A stretch of 64,000 nt of DNA from Stegostoma tigrinum. Lineage: Eukaryota. Shown piece by piece: positions 52,455-64,000 of this stretch. The notes beneath the pieces were generated by a model, which had not been told where the DNA came from, did no database searches, and saw nothing but the letters and a program-made list of their open reading frames with translations. A program made the position numbers and the translations under genes. The stretch spans positions 28,497,989 through 28,561,988 of the forward strand of contig NC_081373.1 in assembly GCF_030684315.1 (NCBI RefSeq). The letters are read 5' to 3'. Within the stretch, counting starts at the first letter, position 1. The number at the start of each line of letters is the position of its first letter.

Positions 52455-53690
52455 GCTGAAAGGAGTAAAGATTTGCAAAATAAATATGGATGAATATATA
52501 ATGGACTGAAAGCTAGAAAGGAGTGGTTTTTGGGTAGATATCACAGCTATCATCACCACTTTCAGAGAAAGTACTGAGCAAACTGTTGGTATTATAAGCA
52601 GACAAGATCCCACAGCCTGATGGCCTACATCCTAGGGTCTTGAAGGAAGTGGCTGCAGAGATAGTGGTTGAAATATTCCAAACTTTCCCTGGATGCAGGG
52701 AAGATACAAGTGGATTAGAAAAATGCTCGTTAACACCCGTATTCAAAAAGGGAGGGAGGCAGAAAGCAGGAAACTACAGGCTAGTTAATTTAACATGTCT
52801 GTGGAAAGCTGTTAGAATCCATTATGAAGAAAGTAATAACACGACATTGGGAAAGTCAAAGTACAATTCATCAGAGTGAGCATGATTTTATAAGGATAAA
52901 TCATGTTTAATTAATTTGCTAGAATTCTTTGAAAATTTAATAAACAATACGGATATTGTGAATCCTATAGATGTAGTATATCTGGACTTTCAGAAGGCAT
53001 TTGAGAAAGTGATGTACAAAAGGTTAAGACACAAGGTAACATTACATGGGATCAGTGGTAATTTATTAGCTTTGATAGAAGATTGACTAACTGACAGCAG
53101 ATAATTGGGATAAATGGAGTAAAAACAAAAGTTGCTAGAAAAGCTCAGCAGGTCTGGCAGCATCTGTGAAGACAAAAATCAAGGTTAACGTTTTGGGTCC
53201 AGTGGCCCTTCCTCAGAATAGAGTTTGTTCCCTTCCCTTCCTTGACTTTGCTGTTTCCATTTCTGAGGATAACATTTCATTTGCTTTCCTTATTATCTGC
53301 TGTACTTGCACACAAACTTTCTGCGATTCATGCACGAGGAAACCCAGATCCCTTTGAACTGAAGGACTCTGAAGTTCTCACCAGTTAGATAATGTTGCCT
53401 TTCTATTCCTCTGATCAAAATGGATTCCCCCACTCTTATCCATATTAAACTATATCTGCTAAATTTTGGCCCATTCATTTATCCTAGTCATATCAATTAG
53501 TTAATTTCTTATTTCTTTTGCAACTTGCTTTTCCAACCATTTTAGCATCACCTGAAGACTTGGCTGCAGTACTTTCTATCCCTGCATCAGTGTTATTGAT
53601 ACAAATTATAAATAGTGCACCTCAAGGACCAAACCCTGTGGCACACCACTGATTATAACTCTCCATCCAGCAAAAGACCCATTATCCCAA
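52455..53690. mobile_element. CR1 fragments in opposite orientations (+ ~52455-53120; - ~53230-53690), separated and followed by Penelope-type termini
   Basis: LHPRVLKEVAAEI...FKKGGRQKAGNYR..HDF.K.KSCL.NLLEFFE on the plus strand. Minus-strand RT/post-RT segment. aaaagctcagcaggtctggcagcatctgtg repeats at about 53138 and 53754. Confidence 0.7.
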
Positions 53691-54312
53691 CTAAATAAAA
53701 ACCGAAAGAAGTGCGGATGCTATGAATCAGAAACAAAAACAAAAGTTGTTTGAAAAGCTCAGCTGATCTGGCAGCATCTGTGAAGAAAAAAATCAGTGTT
53801 AATGTTTTGGGTCTGGTGACCCTTTCTCAGACCCTTCCTCCTATCTCTTATGGTCTAATCTGCACAGGGATTTGTGCCTTACTGATTTATATCAAAGACG
53901 ATTATTTTTGAAGCTATTATTAAACCTGGTGAAGAGAGCATTGAATTTGTATGAACAGCCAGAGAAGCTACAAAAGTTAGGTAAAGCAAAGTGGTTAGAA
54001 ATTTAAAGGAATGTTGAAATTCGAGCATATGTATGATAAGATGGTTTTTGAGTAAGGCTCTATCATCAAATGTTAGATTCTTGTGATTTATTGCATTGAT
54101 GATTTTTTTAGCTTTTCTCACAGTAAAATAACATTAGTTTCAAATATAAAAGTGAATTGGGAAAGTATTTTACTAAAGATGTTGAACTATGATTAATTTA
54201 TCTTTTACTTCTCTGTACTGCAAGAAATATATGGTTCTATAGCTGTCACTTGATTTAAAAGTTAAATAACAGTTTTTTTTTCCAATTAATATATTGCTGC
54301 AATGATGAAAAG

Positions 54313-54442
54313 CTGGGAAGAAATTTTATCAGTCCCAGGTGTCAAACACTTCGAATTGCTTTGGACAGTGGTACTGCAGTTGGCACCCATTATGCACCAC
54401 TACAGTCTTTCACCGAAGAAGAGCTGATGATGAAAGACACAG
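54313..54442 (+). CDS. ACADSB: ACADSB coding exon 2 (130 nt)
   Basis: LGRNFISPRCQTLRIALDSGTAVGTHYAPLQSFTEEELMMKDT resembles the remembered human LRRNF...HFAPLQTFTDEEMMIKSS. Donor AG|GTAAAT. The 5' boundary is less certain than the 3'. Confidence 0.85.
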
Positions 54443-54579
54443 GTAAATTAGCTCTTGTTTGTTTTTGCACTCTCTCTGTGGTCAATTAGTATTAAGACTA
54501 GCAATTTGACATGTATATTCTTGCCAAGAATTATAAGATAAATAGAAGTAAATCTGAAAAAATATCCTTTTTAAGACCA

Positions 54580-54910
54580 GGCAGCATCATGGATCAGTGA
54601 TTAGCACTCCTAGCTCACAGCACCAGGGACTGAGGTTTGATTCCACACTCTGGCGACTGTCTATGTGGAGTTTGCACATTGTCCCTGCGTTGGCATGGGT
54701 TCCCTCCCACAGTCCAAAGATGTGCAGGTTAGGTGGATCGGCCATGCTAAGTTGTCCATAGTGTCCAGGGATGTGCAGGTTAAGTGGATTACCCAAGGGA
54801 AATGCAGGGTTACAGGGCTAAGGTAAGTCTGAGTGGGATGCTCGTTGGAGGGACAGTGTGGACATGATGAACCGAATGACCTGCTTCCGCACTGTGGGGA
54901 TTCTACGATT
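54580..54910 (+). mobile_element. HE1-like tRNA SINE
   Basis: tcagtgattagcact...ggtttgattcc head, body tgtgcaggttaggtggatcggccatgctaa, and tail gggattcta. Confidence 0.85.
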
Positions 54911-57129
54911 AAGAGGGGCTGAGTATCAGTTCCTGTATCACTCTTGCATAGGCTCTTGCAAAGCTGGCTGCTATGAAGTAATTCGGTCAGTTCATGTTGT
55001 TAGCTTCAGCCAGCAAAATAAATTCCTAAATGGGTGTTGTTGTCCTACCCCTCAACATAATTTTGAGGTCTCTCCAATTCAGCTGACCTTAATACATTTT
55101 GTTTTGCTTTATACTTCCATGGATGTGAGCATTGCTGGCATGGCCAATTTGTTGCCCGTTCCTAGTTGTCTTCAACACTTGCTTTCTGGACCATTTCACA
55201 GGGCAGTTAGGATCAACCACATGGTAGATTTTCTTTCCTGAATAAAACATTAATAAACCAGATGCGTTTTAGTAACAATTGACAGCGGTTCAAATTGTCA
55301 TCATTAGACTAGACTAAAGTTCAAATTCCATCATTTCTCTGCTGTGGAAATTAAACCCATACTTCCAGAACATTAGTTTACAGTTCTGGATTACTGGTCC
55401 ATTGATATTACTATAATGCTACCACTTCCCCACAAGGTTTTCAACATGTCAATTTTGTACTGGATTCTAGTGCACATTGCCATGTGAGTCCCAATGTTAG
55501 TATTGGTTCCTTTTCTTTACCCCTATTTCTTAAAATTTAGGGAATTTCTGAGTGAAATTATGGCAATTATCATTGAATGTGATACAGGGACAAATTACAC
55601 ACTATCCTCAATCATTTTAGTTTTTGCCTTGCTGTTCTGTTGTATCCAAGGGATCTTTATTGGGCCGAAATAATGAATGCATACAGAATTGGGGGAACTA
55701 GATTTCAGCTTGAGTTTAATTTGCAATTTATGTGTAAAATAATAGGAAAACTAGATAAGAGTGTAGATAGCTATTCTACAATTTTTTTACATTCCTGCCA
55801 AAGTTGGAACTTTTGTCCTTCATCTGTAATATTGTGCTAATTAAATTTTTCCAATCGATTCCATCCCGTATTTCTGCAGATCGACAGTTTTTCTTTAGAG
55901 ATGTCCTCGTGGTAACTGGAATGGAAAATGGAGAAATGATGGTTTTTGTAGTACCTCATTTCGTGGTGTTTGAGATAAAGCATCAAGGCACTTAGGGGCA
56001 GAATGCAGAAAGTTCTATCTTCTTGTGAACACTTGCTAACTCTCTGACATGGGAGTACTTGATGCTGACTGTGATAAACTTATTTGTATCTGGCTTCTTG
56101 GATTGTGGTATGTCAATGTCCACAGTGGACGTCACAAAATCTGCCCAATTTTTGAAAAAAAGCAATTGCCATTTTTTTCACCAGCCTCGTAGAAATGCAT
56201 TCTTGCTTGATTATAAAGTTTTTAGTGCTTTTAAATTTTTTTGATACACTTCCTTAGCTTCGTCTTCTATTTGACTCCATTATTCCTGTAAAAATAAGTA
56301 AATTGATAGATGGAAAGGCCGTGCAGTTGATCCTTTTTCGAGACAACTGGGCTAAGGAATAGGAAGTGCAACTCTGACCTGGTGTGTATGTGTACCTCCA
56401 GCATGGAACTTGCACTGTAATTGTCTAGTCTTGGAAAAGCATATTTCAAATGCGCACGTGCCATGCAATTGAACATTGATTCTAATATTGAAATGCTGCT
56501 GGCAGGGCTCCCTAGGACTTGGGGCAACAAATCGGCAAAAGTCGGTAGCTCTGGGGGCTAGTTCCTTTTTATAATGAACTCTGTGGCCCAAGAAGAGCAG
56601 GAGTATCCTTCATTCCTCATTCCTGAAGGAAGCATTATTTCTCCTTATTCTGACTGAAGCCTGTCATAGGCTCTGCCATTGTTTGTTTTTAAGGAACAGC
56701 ACAGAGTTCTCATGGTGTTCCTTCATATTAATTTTTAAAAAAATGTAATTAATTCATGGGATGTGAATATCGTTCATTGGCCAGCATTTATTGACCTCCC
56801 CCCCCCCTCCACAAACTCAAACTTGTTCCATTCCTGCAACCAGGATATGTGAACTATTCTGTTCTCCAATTTCCATAAGATACAATAAAGATATATGTTG
56901 TCATCAAATTCCAAATTTACAGATTTAATGCCTACATCTTACCTTTCCACTTTCTCCCTGGAAATACCTGTGTCAATGCCCCATTCTTGCACCTCTTGCA
57001 TTGTTTAACTTTTATAGGAAATTTGCTCCTTACATTATGATATAAATTACATTTTAAGTATATTAGTGAAAAATGTACTGATGCTTTTTGTTTGCTGATA
57101 TTCATGACTATTTATTACAAATATTGTTG

Positions 57130-57525
57130 TTTTTGTTGTGCTGTAGTTGGGTTGCTCACTGAGCTGGTTCGTTAGTTTGCAGATGTTTCATTACCCTGCT
57201 GGGTTACATCATCAGTGCAGCTTTTGATGAAGCATTGTTGTTTTCCCACTTGTTATATAAACTCTGGGGTCTGTTGGAGTTGATTATCTCATTTGTCGTT
57301 TTCCTTTGCAGTAGTATCTATGTCGGGTCTAATTCTACGTGCTTTTTGATGGCCTTCTTGGTAGAGAGTCAGGCCTCTAGAAATTCCGTGTTTGCCTCTG
57401 TTTGTTGGCTTGTCCTAGGATCCTGATGCTGCCCCAATCAAACTGGTGGTTCTCCTTCTCCATGTGTGTGGAGATGAGTGAGTGTTGGTCATGTCTGTTT
57501 TTATTGTTAATTGGTGTTCATGTAT
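57130..57525 (-). mobile_element. Penelope-like element 3' fragment (second family) with a hammerhead-like motif
   Basis: Minus strand shows the GIY-YIG C-terminal remnant HQFDWGSIRILG..EFLEA, followed by tgcaCTGATGA...GAAAcatcTGCA. Confidence 0.7.
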
Positions 57526-59235
57526 TAGAACATAGAACATTACAGCGCAGAACAGGCCCTTTGGCCCTCGATGTTGCGCCGACCTGTGAACTAATCTAAG
57601 CCCAGCCCCCTGCACTATCCCATCATCATCCATATGCTTATCCAAGGACTGTTTAAATGCCCCTAATGTGGCTGAGTTAACTATATTAGCAGGCAGGGTG
57701 TTCCACACCCTTACCACTCTCTGAATAAAGAACCTGCCTCTGACATCTGTCTTAAATCTATCACCCCTCAATTTGTAGCTGTGCCCTCTCGTACAAGCTG
57801 ACGTCATCATCCTAGGAAAAAGACTCTCACTGTCCATCCTATTTAATCCTCTGATCATCTTCTATGTCTCTATGAAATCCCCTCTTAGCCTTCTTCTCTC
57901 CAATGAGAACATACCAAGTCCCTCAGCCTTTCTTCATAAGACCTTCACTCCAGACCAGGAAACATCCTGGTAAATCTCCCCTGCACCTTTTTCCAATGCT
58001 TCCACATCCTTCCTGTAATGGAGCGACCAAAACTGTACACAATGTTCCAAGTGAGGCCGCACTAATGTTTTGTACAGTTGCAACATGTCTTTGTGGCTCC
58101 AGAACTTCATCGCTCTACCAATAAAACCTAACACCATAAGCCTTCTTAACAGCACTATCAACCTGGGTGGCAACTTTCAGGGATCTATGTACATGGATAC
58201 CAAGATCCCTCTGCACATCCACACTACCAAGAATCTTTCCATTGACCCAGTATTCTTCTTTCCTATTATTCTTCCCAAAGTGAATCACCTCACATTTATC
58301 CGCATTGAACTCCATTTGCCATCTTTCAGCCCAATTCTGCAGTTTATCCAAGTCTCCCTGCAACCTGCAACATTCTTCCACACTGTCCACCACTCCACTG
58401 ACTTTAGTGCCATCTGCAAACTTACTAACCCATCCACCTATGCCTGCGTGCAAGCCATTTATAAAAATGACAAACAGCAGTGGTCCCAAGACAGATACTT
58501 GAGGCACACCACTAGTAACCGGACTCGCTGAATATTTTCCATCAGCCACCACTCGTTGCCTTCTTGCAGAAAGCCAGTTTCTAATCCAAACTGCTAAATC
58601 TCCCTCAATCCCATGCCTCCGCATTTCCTCCAATAGCCTACAATGTGGAACCTTATCAAAGGCTTTACTGAAGTCCATGTACACCACGTCAACTACCCTA
58701 CCTTCATCCACATGCTTGGTCACCTTCTCAAAAAACTCAAATGAGGTTTGTGAGACACGACCTGCCCTTGATGAATCCATGTTGACTATCTCCAATCAAA
58801 TTGTTGCTTGCTAGATGATTATAAATCCTATCTCTTATAATCCTTTCCAAAACATTTCCTAAATCAGACGTAAGGCTCACAGGTCTATAATTATCTGGGT
58901 CATTGCTACTGCCCTTCTTGAACAAGGGCACAACATTTGCAGTCCTCTGGTACTAAACCTGTATACAATGAGGACTCAAAGATCAACTCCAAAGGCTCTG
59001 CCACCTCCTCCCTAGAATCCTTGGAAAAATCCGATCCGGCCCAGGTGATTTATCTACCTTCACACCTTCTAGAATTGATAACACCTCCTCCTTACTGCTT
59101 TCATTTCTAATAACCTGTAGCTCAGTCTTTTCCTCTACAATATTGTCCTCTTTCCTGAGTGAAAACAGATGAGAAATATTCGTTTGGCACCTCTCTGTTC
59201 TCCACAGAGTCCACACACAACTTCCAACTTCTGTT
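57526..59235 (-). mobile_element. CR1/HER1 LINE, ~1.7 kb, frameshifted RT
   Basis: VDVVYMDFSKAFDKVPH, SGVPQ.SVLGPLLFVIFIN.L, KFAD.TK and WQMEFNADKC. Tail tagaacatagaacat. Confidence 0.93.
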
Positions 59236-59236
59236 C

Positions 59237-59385
59237 AGAGATAATGGGAACTGCAGATGCTGGAGAATCCAAGATAACAAAGTGTGAAGCTAGATGAACA
59301 CAACAGGCCAAGCAGCATCCCAGGAGCACAAAAGCTGACGTCTCGGGCCCTGACCCCCTACCAGAGAGGGGGACGGAGAGAGGGC
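59237..59385 (-). mobile_element. Penelope-terminus short element (first family)
   Basis: gataatgggaactgcagatgctggagaatccaagataacaaagtgtgaagct...aaaagctgacgtctcgggccctgaccc. Confidence 0.7.
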
Positions 59386-59394
59386 CAAGTTTCC

Positions 59395-59875
59395 TGGACC
59401 AATGTAATATGCAAGATTCCATGCAAGACTGCGACAAACATTACATTGGACAGACAGGAAGGAAACGAATGTGAACACCAACTAGCAACAGAAAGACACG
59501 ACCAGTATTCTCTTGTCTCCATTCACACTGATAAGGAGAACCATCATTTCGACTGGTCTAACGTCAGGATCCTTGGAAAGGCCAAACAGAAGCAAGCATG
59601 GGAATTTCTAGAGGCTTGGCTCTCCACCAAGAAAGCTACCAATAAACACGTAGGATTAGACCCTATATATACATCAATGTAAAGGAAAACCGGAAATGAC
59701 ACAATCAACTCTTATGGACCCCAGAGTTTAAATAACGAGTGGGAAAAGACAACAACACTTTATCAGAGACTGGACTAGTGATGTTACCTAGCAGGGTAAT
59801 GAAATGTTTTCAAACTAACGAACCAGCTCGGCGAGTGAACCATCCACAACTCGAGCTACAAATCTACTCAAACCT
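59395..59875 (+). mobile_element. Penelope-like element 3' fragment with GIY-YIG endonuclease remnant
   Basis: TNVICKIPCK/DCDKHYIGQTGR (frameshifted GIY-YIG) and HHFDWSNVRILGK...EFLEAWLS. The terminus is homologous to 57130-57525. Confidence 0.8.
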
Positions 59876-60449
59876 TATTTTGGTTGTCATAATTTTGTGG
59901 GTTTGGGCTATTTGGGGCGTGGGAAATCTTAGCTCCAGTCTTCTCGGTCACAATGTAATCTCTCCGTGCCTTTCTGAAAGGTTTGCAGTTAATTGTCTAA
60001 CCTTGGGGGTAATTATTGCGATTACGTGGGAAAGCTCTTCAGTTAACAGTAGCTCCAGAAATGATTTTAAGCCAGTGCCTCTGCTGTTATTAACTTTGCT
60101 GATTCTCCTCATTGTTGTGTCTGCAATCGAGAATAATTAGGTATACAGAAAAGGCAGCCTGATGTTCAAGCTGTAAGACACAAAGAATTAAATACAACTG
60201 GATAGGAATAACAGCAAAATAAGAGAAACAAAATGGGACATGCCATGGAAAGAAGGCCATGATGTGAACCTCTTGATTTGAGTAGTGCTAAAGCGCTACA
60301 ACTGGCATCGCAAATTGCATCTTATGGCTACCAGAACTTTATTTGATATCTGTGGGAATTTGCAATGGTTGACTTTGACTTTGTATTGTCATTCCTGTGG
60401 GCTAAATGAAGTATAGTGATTTGGAGAGTTGGGAAGGAGTTTTATTTTA

Positions 60450-60790
60450 TTTATTCACGGTATGAAAGCATCGCTGGCCAGACAGCATTCATTGCCCAAA
60501 AGGCAGTTAAGAGTCAACCACATTCCTGTGGATCTGGAAACACATGTAGGCCAGACCAGGTAAGGATGGCAGTTTCCTTCCTTGAAGAACACTAGTGAAC
60601 CAGAAGGGTTTTACTGAGAATTGGCAATGGATTCATGGACATAATTAGACTCTTTAATTCCAGATTTTTAAAAAAAATTAAATTCAGATTCCACCATCTA
60701 CTGTGGCAAGAATTGAGCCCAGGTTCCCAGAACATTATCTGGATCTCTGCACTAATAGACCAGCAACAATACCACTAGCCATTGTTTCCC
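60450..60790 (-). mobile_element. SINE-like element, same family as 37720-38072
   Basis: Minus-strand head ctagtggtattgttgctggtctattagt...gggctcaattc, body ggaaactgccatccttacctggtctggcctacatgtg, and a (AATA)n tail. Confidence 0.65.
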
Positions 60791-61915
60791 CATTAGATGC
60801 TATTTAAATTAAATGCAGACCACAAATAGCCAAAATTAATTTGTTGTACAAATTGAGATGGAACTTAGCATGAGCTACAAGATGTTGGTAAATATAATTG
60901 GTTCCTTTTACAAAGATAAGCTACTCCTCATGTTAAATTTATTAATAGCTTTATCTTGCACGACCAAAATTGCTTGGGGAACACAAACGTCTATTTTGTA
61001 GCATATGACAGATTAAAAACAGACAGGGAATAGAAATTGAACCTGTCGCATAAGTGGGGGATATTGCCAATCTATATGACAATTGAGCATGGGATCACAT
61101 TATTATTAATCCTTCCAGCTCCCAATGCAGATTTATACCTGCATAAAATGTACGTAGAAAAAATATGCAATGTATTCCTTTTTTATTCTTAAACACACAA
61201 AAAGCACTACTATTTTTCAGGTAGACATTCGGTTCTCTCAGAACCAGTCTTAGTTCCTGAGAATTTCTTGTTTTTTCACAGCTTTGTAACTTTTACCCCC
61301 ATAATCCTCTTGTGATACAGCGTTTTCCTGGAGGTTCTGCCTCTAATTCAACCTAAACAAATCTTCCAGTTCCATTATAAATCCTTGCAAATTTATTTCT
61401 TTGTATTCAAGTGCAGACTGTCTTGCTTGCATTACTCCACGGTGATCCATAGAATCTTCTTGCATCAAGCTGCTGTATTGATCTTCGATCCTGGCAAATT
61501 AACTTGTCTGAGAATCAGTGCTACTTTAGGGAAGCCTACAACATGATCCTTAAGTGCTTTCCGAAGGCTTTGAGGGAAAGAATCCTAACTTCATGACAGT
61601 GTGAGTCACACAGGTCTTGAATCTGGGTATAAATGCTGATTTAGACCGCCATCTTGCAACTAAATAGACCATTTACTGAATAACTATTTACCACCAACAT
61701 TCTTGACAATTTCCTGGGACTTTAGAGACTAGCTCCCTAACCAATAAACCCGGACACTGCTGCCTTTGTCTTCCAAATGTGAACACCTCCCCTTTCCAGC
61801 AAAACAACTTGAACCTCCTCTTAATCGTTAACGTCCAGATCACCCAACCAAGTTCAGAAAAGGCTTCGTTACCCAGTGTAGTTTTACCATGAATTATAAA
61901 CTGACCAAAAATAAT

Positions 61916-62133
61916 ATCAGATAATGAGAACTGCAGATGCTGGAGAATCCGAGATAACAAAGTGTTGAGCTGAATGAGCACAGCAGGTCAGGCAGCATCT
62001 TAGGAGCAGGAAAACTGATGTTTCAGGCCTAGACATTTCTGATGAAGGGTCTAGGCCCAAAACGTCAGCTTTCCTGCTCCTAAGATGCTGCCTGACCTGC
62101 TGTGTTCATCTAGCTCAACACTTTGTTATCTCT
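61916..62133. mobile_element. Fold-back mini Penelope-terminus element with a 14-bp TSD
   Basis: gagataacaaagtgttgagct...aggcctagac and ...agctcaacactttgttatctc form inverted arms. tgaccaaaaataat at 61902-61915 and 62134-62147. Confidence 0.82.
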
Positions 62134-62839
62134 TGACCAAAAATAATGATGCCCATTGCATTTTTTAAGATAAGAAATACTGAGTGGAGCCTTGGGGAAG
62201 GATAGAGAATTAAATCGAACTAGAACGTGATTCTGTGAAGTCATGAAGTAAAATTTCCCTTCTTTGCGTTGATATACTGAAAGGGTCTTTCAGATTGTAT
62301 AACTCAACTTATTCCATTTTTATGGAATATTAATGGCTGTATTGTGTGGAGAAATTATATGAATGTGTAATATGGTAGTTGCTTTTAAATTTAAAAATTC
62401 GCTTTTATGCTTTTAAATTTATTTTCTTCTCAATGTAACTGTAATAAGAAATATGAAAAATTAAGCTTTAAATTTCTTTAAGGATCTTCTGGTAAGAACC
62501 TTGAGCCTTGCTGAACGTAGAAAATAGAAATCTATCAGTACTGCAAAAATGGTTGGTCATCTGAGGTATTTGTTGAAGTATATTTCTCTGTACTTCATCA
62601 GATGCTTCAACCCCAGAAAACCTGCTACTGATGCTGGGCGCATAACAGAAAAATGTCATTCCTGCCAGTGACATTTATCATTTTGATAAGGAAATAAGCA
62701 CCTCAAAAGAAAATGGATGATGAACATCCCTGATTGTGGACTATGAGAAATACTGTATACTTTATTTCAAAATCTTTACCTTTCAGTGTCATGAAGCATC
62801 ATTTTTGTTTCTTACTGACAGTTTGGCTTTTTTTTTAAG

Positions 62840-62940
62840 TTGCCAAGTTTGCTCAGGAACGAATAGCTCCATTGGTTCGCAAAATGGATGAAGAGTCGCA
62901 CATGGATGAATCTGTTATTGCAGGATTGTTTGAACAAGGG
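62840..62940 (+). CDS. ACADSB: ACADSB coding exon 3 (101 nt); the gene continues beyond the window
   Basis: Acceptor ttttttaag|, then (V)[33 protein letters not shown], the acyl-CoA dehydrogenase N-terminal helical domain. Donor GG|GTTAGT. Confidence 0.93.
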
Positions 62941-64000
62941 GTTAGTAATGTTTTGTTTTTGGAATCTTGTATTGTTTTACATTATAATAGCTACAAAATC
63001 ATGAAGGTTAACTCTTCTATCTACTGATCGTATTTAGGAATATTTTTAATGTCATTGTTTTTAACATATAATTTGGTAAATAGTTGCTTATTATCTTCAA
63101 TTGAAGACTAGATTGAGCAATAAGTTAGAAGTCAAAACCTCTGAAAAATTGCTTTTAATCCACCAAAGACAGAAGAGATGTGCATATCTGCTCCAAAAGG
63201 TTACAGCACAAACCTGGAGCAGGAAAAGCCTTTATGTCAGAAAGTCAATTTACTATTTACCTTTATTGTGAACACTCACCAAATTATTTAGTTTTCTGGT
63301 AGAGGGGCTTAACCACAAAGGAAATGTTCTGGGGGAAACAAAGATGAAATTCTCAAATTGATAAAGGAAGTTTGTTTGCTAATCAATAAATAATATGTAC
63401 TAATTTATTAAACGTGGCTGCTTAACCATTGCCTGTGAACACATTAAAAGAAATGAGTAAAATCCCACTCAAATTCACTAATGAAATCCATCCATAGTAC
63501 AATGTAGACAGCATAATTTATGCAGTAATTGTGAAGTTTTGTTTTCAAAAAGTTTTGTTAGAAAGGAATTGGACATGACACACAGGCTACAAGATTGGTT
63601 GTGATATGTGGTTGACTGAGCTTTCTGTCGTGCAGTTAGGAAGTTTAGATGACCACCCTGTGTCTGATAAGAAATTTTATGTTTCTTTAATGTAGTTCAA
63701 ACAGAAAAGTATTCCATATGCTTGACATTTTAGCAGATGAGAATGTGCTGAAACTGCCCAAATACCCAGAGAACACAAGTGATGTGGAAATAAAAACCCT
63801 CTAACGTTATTTGAAGTTTTCACAGTCTGTGCATTTGCTGGTCTGTGTGGCTTTGTACAGTTTTCTTGAGCTAAAATTACTAAGTAGCAATTGGGGAAGT
63901 TAGGTGTTTTATTTTCAGAAACTTTCTATTTCCTCTCGAGCAGATTGTCCTACTGTAATTCCCTGCACCTGATTACAGATTATTTTAAAACCTCTGCACT

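Noticed and set aside
58115-58795. 226-aa reverse-transcriptase ORF as an active or domesticated gene
   Set aside because: Part of a frameshifted, truncated CR1 copy. The catalytic motif reads FADG rather than FADD.

Overview
This is vertebrate genomic DNA, almost certainly from a cartilaginous fish. The inference comes from the repeat content: HE1-type tRNA SINEs, HER1/CR1 LINEs and Penelope termini. The window holds two complete, intact, tandem copies of the Ikaros-family zinc-finger gene IKZF5 (Pegasus) on the minus strand: copy A (CDS 5411-10813) and copy B (CDS 26830-35799). Each has three coding exons, a predicted 414-aa product and its own CpG-island promoter, and the last exons are about 75% identical at protein level. 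Copy B is head-to-head with ACADSB (short/branched-chain acyl-CoA dehydrogenase), whose first three coding exons are on the plus strand (42182-62940), matching the known vertebrate IKZF5-ACADSB arrangement. The rest is intronic or intergenic DNA dense in decayed, often nested retroelements (CR1, a second LINE family, Rex1-like, tRNA SINEs). It also contains short Penelope-terminus elements with target-site duplications, fold-back structure and hammerhead-ribozyme-like cores. The main points of interest are the retained and asymmetrically diverged IKZF5 duplicate and these mini-Penelope elements. All coordinates and alignments were read by eye, and no database search was run.
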